DNA of 63,825 bases, the filler included. It is 4 parts of 4 records of this genome, joined end to end, with 100 filler letters (N's around TTAATTAATTAA, not from the genome) between each part and the next. Parts side by side here need not be neighbours in the genome. Positions count along the whole stretch, not along the records: positions 30,048 to 42,307 come from SRR2962707_5070; positions 42,408 to 58,689 come from SRR2962707_5075; 2 more parts are not named here. One strand, written 5' to 3'. This document shows positions 40,885 to 49,583 of the stretch, piece after piece. The position numbers were made by a program, and so were the translations under genes. The stretch's first letter is position 1. Each line of letters begins with the position of its first letter. Under the pieces are notes generated by a model, which was given only the letters and a program-made list of their open reading frames with translations, did not search any database and was not told where the DNA came from.

Positions 40885-41030
40885 ACGCCACGCCGAACTC
40901 CTCCTCCTCCCAATTCGGCATGGCAGTAGTCAGGGCGACGAGGCCGGGATCCTCCTCCCAAGCACCGGTCAAGACGTCATGACGAAGTACAAACGCCTGC
41001 CTGGCTCTGCCCGGCAGGCGTTTTGTTTTT
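40885..41030 (+). ncRNA. alpha-r14/cuckoo-family small RNA
   Basis: Two hairpins with CCTCCTCCC loops (GCCACGCCGAA..TTCGGCATGGC; GGCCGG..CCGGTC), then terminator AAACGCCTGCC..GGCAGGCGTTTT. Confidence 0.8.
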
Positions 41031-41111
41031 CAGGCGATGTCATGATGCACTTGCCTGGTCGTTGCCGGCCTACTTCCAACGTCGCAGCGCGTCACTCGAC
41101 TGCGCGAAGTC

Positions 41112-42005
41112 TCACGTCTGCTCGGGAAAGAACTGCGCCTTGTGCTCTTGTGCGACGGCGGAGATATGATCTGCCACGGTGCGGACCCGCGCCAGATCAC
41201 GCGCCGATTCGTGATAGACCATGAAATACGAGCGTGCGATCCGGTGTTCCGGCAGCACCCTGATCAATTCTGGGTCGAGACTGGCAATGTAGTCATGCAG
41301 CACAGCGATACCGGCTCCCGAACGCACGGCCTCCGTTTGGCCGGTGGCGCTTGAAATTTCGAACTGGGCCGTCCAGTTGCGCAGGATTTCCCGGGTGAAC
41401 TGCAGCGACGGCGAAAAGATCAGATCCTCGACATAACTGATCAGGCGATGCTGTTTGAGATCGTCCGCGGACTGCGGCACGCCGTACTCTTCGAGATAGG
41501 ACCGCGAGGCGTAGAGCGACAGCGAGTAATCCACCAGCTTGCGCGCCACCAGCCTTCCTTCCGCAGGGCGTTCCATGGTAATGGCGATATCGGCTTCACG
41601 TTGCGGCAGCGAGAAACTGCGCGGCACCGGCACCAGTTGCAGCCTGAGATCGGGATGTCGCGCAATCAGCGCACCCAGCCTTGGCGCCAGAAACGAAACT
41701 CCGAAGCCATCCGGCGCGCCGATCCGCACGGTGCCTGATATGGCGCTGTCGGTGCGGCCCAGATTGGCCTGAGCCGCCAGCATCTCTGCTTCCATGCGCT
41801 CGGCGTGCTTGAGAAAGGCTTCGCCTTCTCCGGTCAGCCCGCAGCCATTTGTGCGGCGGACCACCAGTTGTGCACCAAGGGCTGTCTCCAGTGACGTGAT
41901 CCGGCGGGCAGCAGTGGCGTGATTGATCCCCAGCCGCCGTGCGGCGGCGAGGATCTGTCCTGAGCGGGCGACAGCAAGAAAGACCCTGATGTCATCCCAG
42001 TTCAT
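41112..42005 (-). CDS. LysR-family transcriptional regulator
   Basis: MNWDD.R.FL.VAR.G HTH; substrate-binding domain with READIA. Confidence 0.92.
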   Translation of the reverse strand: MNWDDIRVFLAVARSGQILAAARRLGINHATAARRITSLETALGAQLVVRRTNGCGLTGEGEAFLKHAERMEAEMLAAQANLGRTDSAISGTVRIGAPDGFGVSFLAPRLGALIARHPDLRLQLVPVPRSFSLPQREADIAITMERPAEGRLVARKLVDYSLSLYASRSYLEEYGVPQSADDLKQHRLISYVEDLIFSPSLQFTREILRNWTAQFEISSATGQTEAVRSGAGIAVLHDYIASLDPELIRVLPEHRIARSYFMVYHESARDLARVRTVADHISAVAQEHKAQFFPEQT

Positions 42006-42010
42006 CGTGT

Positions 42011-42307
42011 CTACCCGAACACCACGGTCTTGTGGCCATTGAGCATGACGCGTGATTCAACATGCATCTTCACCGCACGCGCCAGCACCCGGGCTTCAAT
42101 ATCGCGACCGGCAGCGACGAAATCATCTGCGGTCATTGCGTGGGTGACGCGTTCGGTTTCCTGTTCGATGATCGGGCCTTCATCAAGATCGGCAGTCACG
42201 TAGTGCGCCGTTGCGCCAATCAGCTTGACCCCGCGTTCATGCGCCTGATGATAAGGCTTTGCGCCCTTGAAGCTTGGCAGGAACGAGTGGTGAATGTTGA
42301 TCACCTT
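42011..42307 (-). CDS. purU: Formyltetrahydrofolate deformylase, C-terminal part (cut by contig end)
   Basis: [44 protein letters not shown]. Confidence 0.93.
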   Translation of the reverse strand, partial: KVINIHHSFLPSFKGAKPYHQAHERGVKLIGATAHYVTADLDEGPIIEQETERVTHAMTADDFVAAGRDIEARVLARAVKMHVESRVMLNGHKTVVFG

Positions 42308-42407
42308 NNNNNNNNNNNNNNNNNNNNNNNNNNNNNNNNNNNNNNNNNNNNTTAATTAATTAANNNNNNNNNNNNNNNNNNNNNNNNNNNNNNNNNNNNN
42401 NNNNNNN
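42308..42407. other. Artificial contig spacer
   Basis: N-run, TTAATTAATTAA, N-run. Confidence 0.98.
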
Positions 42408-42477
42408 AGACGCAAAGAAAATGACCGAATCAATCGTTAAAGCGATGAACCACTAGGGTGGTGGAGAAGGTCAGTGC

Positions 42478-43464
42478 CTATTGCTTGCCGGCAAGGACAT
42501 GCTTGGCCAGCGAGGTCTCGATCGCTTCGGTGGAGAGGTCACGTGCGATAAAGACGATCTGCGACCGGCGGATATCATCGGGCCATCGGGGCAGGAATTG
42601 AGGGGGGTAAACCATGGTCTGGACCGCCTGGAGTACTATTGGGCGGTCTTCACCGCTTAACGCCAACAGCCCCTTCACCCGCAAGATGGACTTGCCGCGC
42701 GCCAACAACAGCAGCTCGAGCCATTTGACAAAGCGGGGCCAGTCGACATCGGTATCGAACTCTACAACGAAGGAGCCGATATCGGCGCTGTGCTCATGGT
42801 GGGGATGCCCGCTGTGATTATGTGTATGCGTCGCATGGGGACGGTCGCGCTTTCGGTCTGAAAATCCGAAAGGATCAGGCGTTGCCTCTGTGTCGACAAT
42901 CACCGCCTGGCTATTGATCGACTTGATTTGCCGTTCGAGCACGGTGACCAGATCAGGTGGCGCAAGATCGGCTTTCGAGATGACCACCGTATCGGCCATC
43001 CCCAATTGGTGCCGCGCTTCGGCAAAACGGGCGATGTTTTCGGCTCCGTTGATCGCATCGACAACCGCAAGCACGGGGCCCGCCTCAAAAATCGTATTGA
43101 GCCGCCGGTCGGTCATAATCAATTGCAGCACCGGCGCCGGATCGGCCAGGCCGCTGGTCTCGATCACGACCCGGGTAAATGCGGGGCCGCCGCCCCGTTG
43201 GCGCAAGTGATAGAGCTCAAGAAGGGTTGAGGCGAGGTCGTCACCGGCGCTGCAGCACAGGCAACCGGAATCGAGGAGAACGACATCCTCGGTGACTTCG
43301 CGCGCGATAAGATGGTCAAGCCCGACTTCGCCGAACTCGTTGATCAACACAGCGGTGTCGGCAAACTCGGGGCGGGCGAGAAGCCGCCCAAGAAGTGTGG
43401 TCTTCCCGCTCCCCAGAAATCCGGTCAGGACGTAAACCGGGATCAGATCCGGTGACTGCGACAT
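42478..43464 (-). CDS. COG0523/CobW-family G3E GTPase metallochaperone
   Basis: GFLGSGKTT, NEFGE, GCLCC, ETSG, His-rich linker, CobW_C domain. Confidence 0.9.
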   Translation of the reverse strand: MSQSPDLIPVYVLTGFLGSGKTTLLGRLLARPEFADTAVLINEFGEVGLDHLIAREVTEDVVLLDSGCLCCSAGDDLASTLLELYHLRQRGGGPAFTRVVIETSGLADPAPVLQLIMTDRRLNTIFEAGPVLAVVDAINGAENIARFAEARHQLGMADTVVISKADLAPPDLVTVLERQIKSINSQAVIVDTEATPDPFGFSDRKRDRPHATHTHNHSGHPHHEHSADIGSFVVEFDTDVDWPRFVKWLELLLLARGKSILRVKGLLALSGEDRPIVLQAVQTMVYPPQFLPRWPDDIRRSQIVFIARDLSTEAIETSLAKHVLAGKQ

Positions 43465-43465
43465 G

Positions 43466-43933
43466 TCACGCGATCTCGAAGATCGCGTCGACCTCCACCG
43501 GCACGTTGCGCGGCAGCGAATAGACGCCAACAGCCGCGCGGGCGTGGCGGCCCGCATCGCCGAACACCTCGACCATCAAATCCGAAGCGCCATTGAGCAC
43601 CTTGGGATGATCACCAAACTCGGGGACGGCATTTATGAAGCCGCCCAGCCGGATGACATTGACAACGCGGTCCAGGTCGCCATCCGCTGCATTGCGCAGA
43701 TGAGCAAGGATATTGATGGCGCAGATCCGTGCTGCATCCTGTCCCTGTTCGATTGTGTAATCGGCACCCAGCTTGCCGGTATAGACGTCCTTGCCATCGC
43801 GGGCGGGAACCTGGCCCGAGATATAGACGCTCTTGCCGAGCACTCGCGTCGGCACATAGTTTGCCAGAGGCGCTGACGTTGCGGGCAGAGTGATGCCGAG
43901 TTCGGCAAGGCGCCCCTCGATCTTTCCGGTCAT
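43466..43933 (-). CDS. RidA/YjgF-family protein
   Basis: ANYVP, ISGQ, NGASDL...FG..GRHARAAVG..SLP...PVE. Confidence 0.9.
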   Translation of the reverse strand: MTGKIEGRLAELGITLPATSAPLANYVPTRVLGKSVYISGQVPARDGKDVYTGKLGADYTIEQGQDAARICAINILAHLRNAADGDLDRVVNVIRLGGFINAVPEFGDHPKVLNGASDLMVEVFGDAGRHARAAVGVYSLPRNVPVEVDAIFEIA

Positions 43934-43950
43934 TGGTGTCTCCTGATGGT

Positions 43951-44700
43951 CTAAAAGTCGCTGAAAAGTTCCGAACGAGCCGCGAACGGAAGATCCGCCA
44001 TGCCGTTTTCCCCCAAGACGCTGAGAAGTGCGCGCTTGGTTGTGCGGATGTCGTGGACGATGCCGCGTTTGACCGCTGTGCGATCGCCCTTCTTGAGCGC
44101 GTCGAGGATCGCGCCGTGATCTGCGGCATTCCAGGGCATGGAGGGGACCAGCAACGACATATACATTGTCGGACCGAACTGGAGCCACAGCGCTTCGATA
44201 AGGGGCAGGATGACCTCCGAGCGGCACCCGCGATACAGGGTGAAGTGGAATTCCTGGTTGAAGGACAGGCAGCCCGCTATGTCGCGCTTTTCGATCGCCG
44301 CCAGAAGTTTGGCGTTGATTGCCTCCAGTTCCTTGATCAGGGCAGGCGTCGCATAGCGCGCAGCCATTTCAGCGGCCATGCCTTCGAGCGCCTCTCGAAC
44401 CGAAAAAAGGTCTTCGAGCTTGTCTGGGCCAAGGCGGGGAGGGGCGACCGATCCGTTCGCGGTTTCCTCGAGCGCGCCCGCGGCGACCAGCCGGCTGAGC
44501 ACTTCGCGCACGGGCATGGGGCTGGTGCCCAATCCGGCAGCGAGCTTGCGCAGGCTGAGAACCTGACCGGGAAGAAAGGCGCCGATCATCAGGCCCCTGC
44601 GCATGCGCGACAAGACATGTTCGTGAACCTGCCGGCGCTCGCCCTTTTTCTCAAGAGGGGTGTCCGGGTCCGGTGTCGAGGTGGCCTTGGCGTTCTGCAT
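43951..44700 (-). CDS. GntR-family regulator (FCD domain, FadR/VanR type)
   Basis: SLRKLA..LGTS.MPVRE wHTH; N.EFH...DH FCD. Confidence 0.9.
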   Translation of the reverse strand: MQNAKATSTPDPDTPLEKKGERRQVHEHVLSRMRRGLMIGAFLPGQVLSLRKLAAGLGTSPMPVREVLSRLVAAGALEETANGSVAPPRLGPDKLEDLFSVREALEGMAAEMAARYATPALIKELEAINAKLLAAIEKRDIAGCLSFNQEFHFTLYRGCRSEVILPLIEALWLQFGPTMYMSLLVPSMPWNAADHGAILDALKKGDRTAVKRGIVHDIRTTKRALLSVLGENGMADLPFAARSELFSDF

Positions 44701-44742
44701 CCGGATTCCCGTTCCGTTCAGATTGTAAGAAAAGACTTGTTC

Positions 44743-44782
44743 CTTGACTCGAGTCAAGTTGTGATCTCAATATGTGATCATA
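44743..44782. promoter_or_regulatory. Divergent promoter with tandem operator boxes
   Basis: Palindrome CTTGACTCGAGTCAAG (44743-44758); TGTGATCTCA (44760) and TGTGATCATA (44773). Confidence 0.7.
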
Positions 44783-44986
44783 AAATGCCGGCGACGACAA
44801 GCTTTTTGTCCTGTGCTCGTGGTGCCGTTCGCCAGATGGTGCCGACTATATATCAGGTTTTCCGGGGGCAAGGCGCGGTGCTTTTTCCCGATCCGTAATC
44901 GCGGCAAATCAAGGCGCGTTTCAAAAGGGCTCTGCCAGGCATAGCCGGAGCAAGGCCAAGTATCGACAAAGCATCGGGCACATCCC

Positions 44987-46306
44987 ATGAAAATGTCAAA
45001 TCATCCCACAAATATCGATCTGCGCCGGGAATTTTCACGCGTGCCGGCGCATGACGGCTTCGTGCTGAAAAATGCAGTACTGGCTTGGGGCGGACGCTTG
45101 TCGCTTTCCGAAATAGGCATCGCCGGTGGCAAGATTGCATTCATTGGGCCGGGGACCGCGCCTGGACAGTGTTGGCCGCAGATCGATCTTGCAGGGCGCC
45201 TGTGTCTGCCGGCCTTCGTCGATGCCCATGCTCACCTCGACAAGGGTCATGTGATCAGGCGGACGGGCACGGGTAATGGTACGCTCGATACGGCAATCGG
45301 CCTTGTCTCGAAAGACCGATCCGACCATTGGTCCGACGAGGACGTCAGCGCGCGCATGGCGTTTGGTATCGCCTGCGCCCATCACTATGGGACGGCGGTG
45401 CTGAAGACGCATATCGATTCACAGCCCGGCCAGCTTGAGATCTCGTGGGATGTGTTCGCGCGGCTACGCGAACAGTGGAGCGGCAAGATCGCGCTTCAGG
45501 GCTCCAGCCTGTTCTCGATTGTGCTGGCGCGGGATGCCGACTTCGTGGAAAAGGTCGCGCGCCGTGTAGCGCAAACGGGAGGAACGCTGGGGGCGGTTAC
45601 CTTTCCGGTGCCCGATCTCGATGATCTGCTCGACACGATGTTCAGTGCTGCGGCACGACATGGCCTCCTGCTCGATTTCCATGCGGATGAGACCGGAGAT
45701 ACGGCATCGGATACGCTCTCGCATATTGCAAGCGCGGCGCTGCGTCACGGGATGAAGAGCAAGGTCGTGGCGGGTCATTGCTGTTCGCTTGCCCTGCAGG
45801 ACGACGCGACGGTCGATCGGATCCTTGATCAGGTTGCCGAGGCCGATATCGGCCTGATTTGCCTGCCCGGATGCAATCTCCACCTTCAGGACCGGCGCTT
45901 TGATGGCACCACCCCGCGCTGGCGGGGCGTCACCGCGTTCAAGGAAGCAAGGGCTCGCGGCATCCGGGTTGCCTTGGGCTCAGACAATACCCGTGATCCA
46001 TTCTACCCATTTGGCGATCTCGACATGCTTGAGACCTTTGGTCTGGGCGTTCGCACACTTCATATCGACAGTCCGGTGAGTGCATGGATCGACACTGTCA
46101 CCGATACACCGGCGGGGATGCTCGGTGTCGATGCCGGCAAACTCGAGCCGGGCCAACGCGCCGATTTTACGATCTTTGAGGGGCGTGATCTCGGTGAAGT
46201 GCTTGCCCGGCGCGAGAGTGACCGGATCGTGGTGCGTGGCGGCCGGGCTATTGAGACGGTTCTGCCATCCTACAGAGAGCTCGACCCTCTGTTCACCCGG
46301 GCATAA
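44987..46306 (+). CDS. Cytosine-deaminase-like metal-dependent deaminase (group that includes pterin deaminases)
   Basis: DAHAHLDK, FHADE, GHCCSL, SDNTRDPFY. Confidence 0.85.
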   Translation: MKMSNHPTNIDLRREFSRVPAHDGFVLKNAVLAWGGRLSLSEIGIAGGKIAFIGPGTAPGQCWPQIDLAGRLCLPAFVDAHAHLDKGHVIRRTGTGNGTLDTAIGLVSKDRSDHWSDEDVSARMAFGIACAHHYGTAVLKTHIDSQPGQLEISWDVFARLREQWSGKIALQGSSLFSIVLARDADFVEKVARRVAQTGGTLGAVTFPVPDLDDLLDTMFSAAARHGLLLDFHADETGDTASDTLSHIASAALRHGMKSKVVAGHCCSLALQDDATVDRILDQVAEADIGLICLPGCNLHLQDRRFDGTTPRWRGVTAFKEARARGIRVALGSDNTRDPFYPFGDLDMLETFGLGVRTLHIDSPVSAWIDTVTDTPAGMLGVDAGKLEPGQRADFTIFEGRDLGEVLARRESDRIVVRGGRAIETVLPSYRELDPLFTRA

Positions 46307-46333
46307 AAAACGGCCGGGAAGATCCCGGCCGTT
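46305..46333. terminator. Terminator between convergent genes
   Basis: AACGGCCGGGA-AGA-TCCCGGCCGTT with an A-run on the left (U-tract for the minus-strand operon). Confidence 0.75.
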
Positions 46334-46356
46334 CGTTGATCGCAGCGTTGCGCCTT

Positions 46357-47349
46357 TTAGCTTGCTGTGGCGCCGACCTGGTAGAGTTCCATCTTGGTGC
46401 CGTCGGGGTCGGCGATATAGATCGTCAATCCGTAGGGCCCGTCATGGAGTTCGTTGAAAAACTTCACGCCGGCCGCCTTGAGCTTCTGGGACATGGCCCG
46501 CACGTCATTGACCTCGAACGCTATGTGATCGAGTTGGCGGTGGCCGCCTTCTCGTCCCTGGGTGAGCGCAATGCCCTGGTGGAAGGCGGTGAAAGCGCGC
46601 CCGTCTGCCAGCGGTTTGGCCGGGCGGATCGTAAAGCCAAGCTGCTCGGTGTAAAACTTTATCGATGTGTCGATGTCGTCGACAAGGATCAGCTGGTGTC
46701 CATATTCGAGCACACGGGGCGCAGACTGACTGTCAATCCATTCGATCATCGATTTTGAATCGGAAAGCTCGCACAGATAATGACCCCAAACCTTCTTTGC
46801 GGTCTCCTCCCACTCGCCATTCACGCCGGAAATGCAATCGTCGACAGCGATGACATCGAAATCGCGCAGATAGGCTTCGCGAATTGAGGTTTCCACACAA
46901 GCGTTCGTGGTCGCACCGGTGACAAACAGATGCTGTACGCCAAGCATGCGCAACATCATTTCCAGCCGGGTTTCATAGAAGGCGCCAAACCGGTGCTTGC
47001 GGATGACGAATTCGGGATTGACCTCGGAAAGCGGCTTGAGCTCGTCCACAAACTCCTCGTCCCAGCTACCCGCAAGTGCTGACACCTGCTTGCGCTTTGA
47101 CGTGTGCCCGGCCAGCTTCTTTCGAGCGCGGCTGTGGTCGGTCGCAAAGTGCTCCTGCTTGGTCCAGATCACCGGTACCCCGGCGTCCTGGCAGCGCTTG
47201 ATCAGCTTCTGCAGCGGGGAAACGATGGTTGCAAGGCGCTTGGTGTCGAGACCGGAAACACCCAGCGTGCCCTTCTCATGGATAAAGGCATTCTGCAGAT
47301 CGATGACGAGCAAAGCGGATTTGCGTGCTTCCAGTTGATCGAGACTCAT
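46357..47349 (-). CDS. Isochorismatase-like cysteine hydrolase fused to a VOC (glyoxalase-fold) domain
   Basis: IDLQN, RKHRF, TNACV (D-K-C triad); C-terminal GH...FYTEQLGF...DHIAF.V...DPDG..MEL. Confidence 0.88.
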   Translation of the reverse strand: MSLDQLEARKSALLVIDLQNAFIHEKGTLGVSGLDTKRLATIVSPLQKLIKRCQDAGVPVIWTKQEHFATDHSRARKKLAGHTSKRKQVSALAGSWDEEFVDELKPLSEVNPEFVIRKHRFGAFYETRLEMMLRMLGVQHLFVTGATTNACVETSIREAYLRDFDVIAVDDCISGVNGEWEETAKKVWGHYLCELSDSKSMIEWIDSQSAPRVLEYGHQLILVDDIDTSIKFYTEQLGFTIRPAKPLADGRAFTAFHQGIALTQGREGGHRQLDHIAFEVNDVRAMSQKLKAAGVKFFNELHDGPYGLTIYIADPDGTKMELYQVGATAS

Positions 47350-47546
47350 TTCTTGTTTTCCTCCATATCGATCCCAAGAACACCGGCGCGGCCCCAGCTG
47401 TCCTTGGGGGTATCGTGAATGACCACGTGCAGGTGTTCGGGCTTACAGGCCGCCTCATCAACCATGGCTTTGGTTATAGCTTTGACGAGGTTGCGCTTCT
47501 GGTCGACGGTGCGTCCTTCCCAGAATTCAACGATCACGAATGGCAT
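47346..47546 (-). CDS. 4-oxalocrotonate tautomerase family protein
   Basis: 66 aa; catalytic Pro1 after Met, GR11T..QK, W.R.G; AGGAG RBS. Confidence 0.9.
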   Translation of the reverse strand: MPFVIVEFWEGRTVDQKRNLVKAITKAMVDEAACKPEHLHVVIHDTPKDSWGRAGVLGIDMEENKK

Positions 47547-48237
47547 GTTTGTTCTCCTCTTTTGGGGCTTTGGTGCTGGCTGACCCGGCCCAGGCGGGGA
47601 CAGGCGGAGCAAATCCGGTAACCAGATCGCTGTCTCCCGTGTTCTTGCCGGAAATCAGCCAGAGCGGGCGGTTTGTGTAGTTGATGAGGGCCTGTTCTTT
47701 CATGCAGATGCGATTTGCAGGGAAGCCGGGATCCCGAACGAAATGGCTCGTCGCGGACATCAGTCTGACAACGAGGAGGGGCGCATCGACCATCGCCAGA
47801 GCTTCCACCGCGCGCACGATCTCCGCATGCTCCACGCAGGCAAGGATCTCAGCTCCTTCCGATATGTCCAGCACAGCTACCGCACCGACCAGCGGATCGA
47901 CTGGCCAATAGCGGCCTTCGGCATCCAGCGGAGCGAATGACGCATAATCCCGGGCGCGCAAGTAGAGTTCGCTATCCCAAAGGATGATGTCGTCGCCCAA
48001 TACCCTGCGCGCGCGATCGACCATTTCAGGTGACTCGCAGACCTCGAGAAAACGCCAGGGGTCGGTAAGGGCGGCAGCGGCGCCCCATGGGTTGTGTATG
48101 CCGGACAGTTGCTCCTGCATCAGTTCGGCGCGGTCCTGCCACAACGCGCGTACGGCGTCCGACAGGAGGGGACTTTCACCCAAGATAGGCGTTCGTCCGG
48201 CCAGAGCAGGGTCGCCGCTATCGGCTTGCCGGATCAT
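47527..48237 (-). CDS. Degenerate PhyH (phytanoyl-CoA dioxygenase)-like protein
   Basis: LG.DIILWDS, YWP..P, R.M.ATS.F.R, RPLWL..G fit PhyH-like proteins, but HxD is absent; overlaps both neighbouring genes. Confidence 0.55.
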   Translation of the reverse strand: MIRQADSGDPALAGRTPILGESPLLSDAVRALWQDRAELMQEQLSGIHNPWGAAAALTDPWRFLEVCESPEMVDRARRVLGDDIILWDSELYLRARDYASFAPLDAEGRYWPVDPLVGAVAVLDISEGAEILACVEHAEIVRAVEALAMVDAPLLVVRLMSATSHFVRDPGFPANRICMKEQALINYTNRPLWLISGKNTGDSDLVTGFAPPVPAWAGSASTKAPKEENKHAIRDR

Positions 48238-49583
48238 CAGGCCGGCACCGTCACACAGCGACCCCGCCCATAAAGGGTTTCGGAGACTTGGCCGTTTTCG
48301 TAAACCACGTCGCCACGCGCCACGGTCAGCACCGGCCAGCCCTTGAGTTTCCAGCCCTCATAGATGCAGGTGCCTTTGCCTGTGTGTACGACCTCACGTT
48401 CTTCGTCGAGGTCGACAAGTACCAGATCGGCATCGAAGCCGACTTCGATGTCGCCCTTGCGGGGCCACAGGCCGAAGCGGCGCGCGGGGTTGTACGAGTT
48501 GACCTCGACCAAACGCGAAAGCGGCAGGCCGCGCTCATGAACCCCGAAATGGAGCATGAGCGAAAGCTCCCAGGGGAAGCTGACCACACCGGGAAATTCG
48601 GTCCACAGATCTTCGCCCTTTTTGGGCAGGAACGGTACGTGATCGGTGCCGAGCGAATAGACCGAGCCGTTGAGCATGCCGTCCCAAAGGCCCTCGAGTT
48701 CCGTGCGGTCGCGCAGGGGCGGAGAGATCTTGGCCTTCATGTCGAGATCTTCGTCGTAACAGGTGCGGGTCAGATAGTGCGGACAGGTCTCGACGGTTAC
48801 CTGAACGCCGCGGGCCCGCGCCTCTGCGGCGAGAATGGGTCCCATGCCCACCGAGGTGTGCACCAGATGGAGCGAGCACCCGGTCTTTTCCGCCAGGAAG
48901 ATCATTCGGCGGATGGTCTCCACCTCGCAAAAGGCAGGACGGGACTCGGTGTAGGCACCAAGATCCTGGCGGCCGGTCTCGGCGATTTCCTTTTTGATCC
49001 AGGAGGCGATCTGTGTGTTTTCGCAGTGAACGTTGATCACGCCGCCGGGCACCTCGGCGAGAATGCGCATTGCCGCATAGACCCAGCCATCGGTCGCCGG
49101 CACAATGCCGATCGGGTTATCGGGCTCGTAGCCGAAATAGCATTTGAAGGATTTGACCCCCGTGTGCTCGATGATCCTGGGGATTTCAGCGATGTGTTCT
49201 TCACGCTGAATGCCGAAATGAAAACCGAAATCGATGACCGAATTTTCTTCGCCAATGGCTTTGCGCTCATCGTAGAAGGGCAGGTAGGATTCCTTGAGAT
49301 TGCGGATGTAGAGCAGGGCGGTGGTCACGCCGCCCGAGGCCGCGGCGGCCGTTTCGGTCCGCATGTCCTCATCAAAGGGGAATTTCACGCCCAAATGGCA
49401 GTGCGGGTCGATCAGACCCGGCATCAACACGCGTCCCCCAGCGTCGATGGTCCGCGTCGCCTCGGGCAGGACATCGTTGGAGCCCGTGGCGATGATCTTT
49501 TGGTCCTTGACGGCAACCCCGCCAAAGAACTCTCCATCATGGCGTATGACCCGCGCGTTTTTGATAACGAGATCGGCTTTCAT
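48237..49583 (-). CDS. Cyclic amidohydrolase (allantoinase/dihydropyrimidinase/dihydroorotase-like)
   Basis: DPHCH, SFK (carbamylated Lys), VHCEN, VH, ETCPHYL, GTDH. Confidence 0.88.
   Translation of the reverse strand: MKADLVIKNARVIRHDGEFFGGVAVKDQKIIATGSNDVLPEATRTIDAGGRVLMPGLIDPHCHLGVKFPFDEDMRTETAAAASGGVTTALLYIRNLKESYLPFYDERKAIGEENSVIDFGFHFGIQREEHIAEIPRIIEHTGVKSFKCYFGYEPDNPIGIVPATDGWVYAAMRILAEVPGGVINVHCENTQIASWIKKEIAETGRQDLGAYTESRPAFCEVETIRRMIFLAEKTGCSLHLVHTSVGMGPILAAEARARGVQVTVETCPHYLTRTCYDEDLDMKAKISPPLRDRTELEGLWDGMLNGSVYSLGTDHVPFLPKKGEDLWTEFPGVVSFPWELSLMLHFGVHERGLPLSRLVEVNSYNPARRFGLWPRKGDIEVGFDADLVLVDLDEEREVVHTGKGTCIYEGWKLKGWPVLTVARGDVVYENGQVSETLYGRGRCVTVPA

Noticed and set aside
40979-41224. 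81-aa ORF
   Set aside because: Runs through the sRNA terminator and antisense into lysR; no motif support
44760-44782. TGTGA...TCACA read as a CRP/FNR site
   Set aside because: Half-sites abut with no 6-bp (CRP) or 4-bp (FNR) spacer; a GntR-type palindrome fits better
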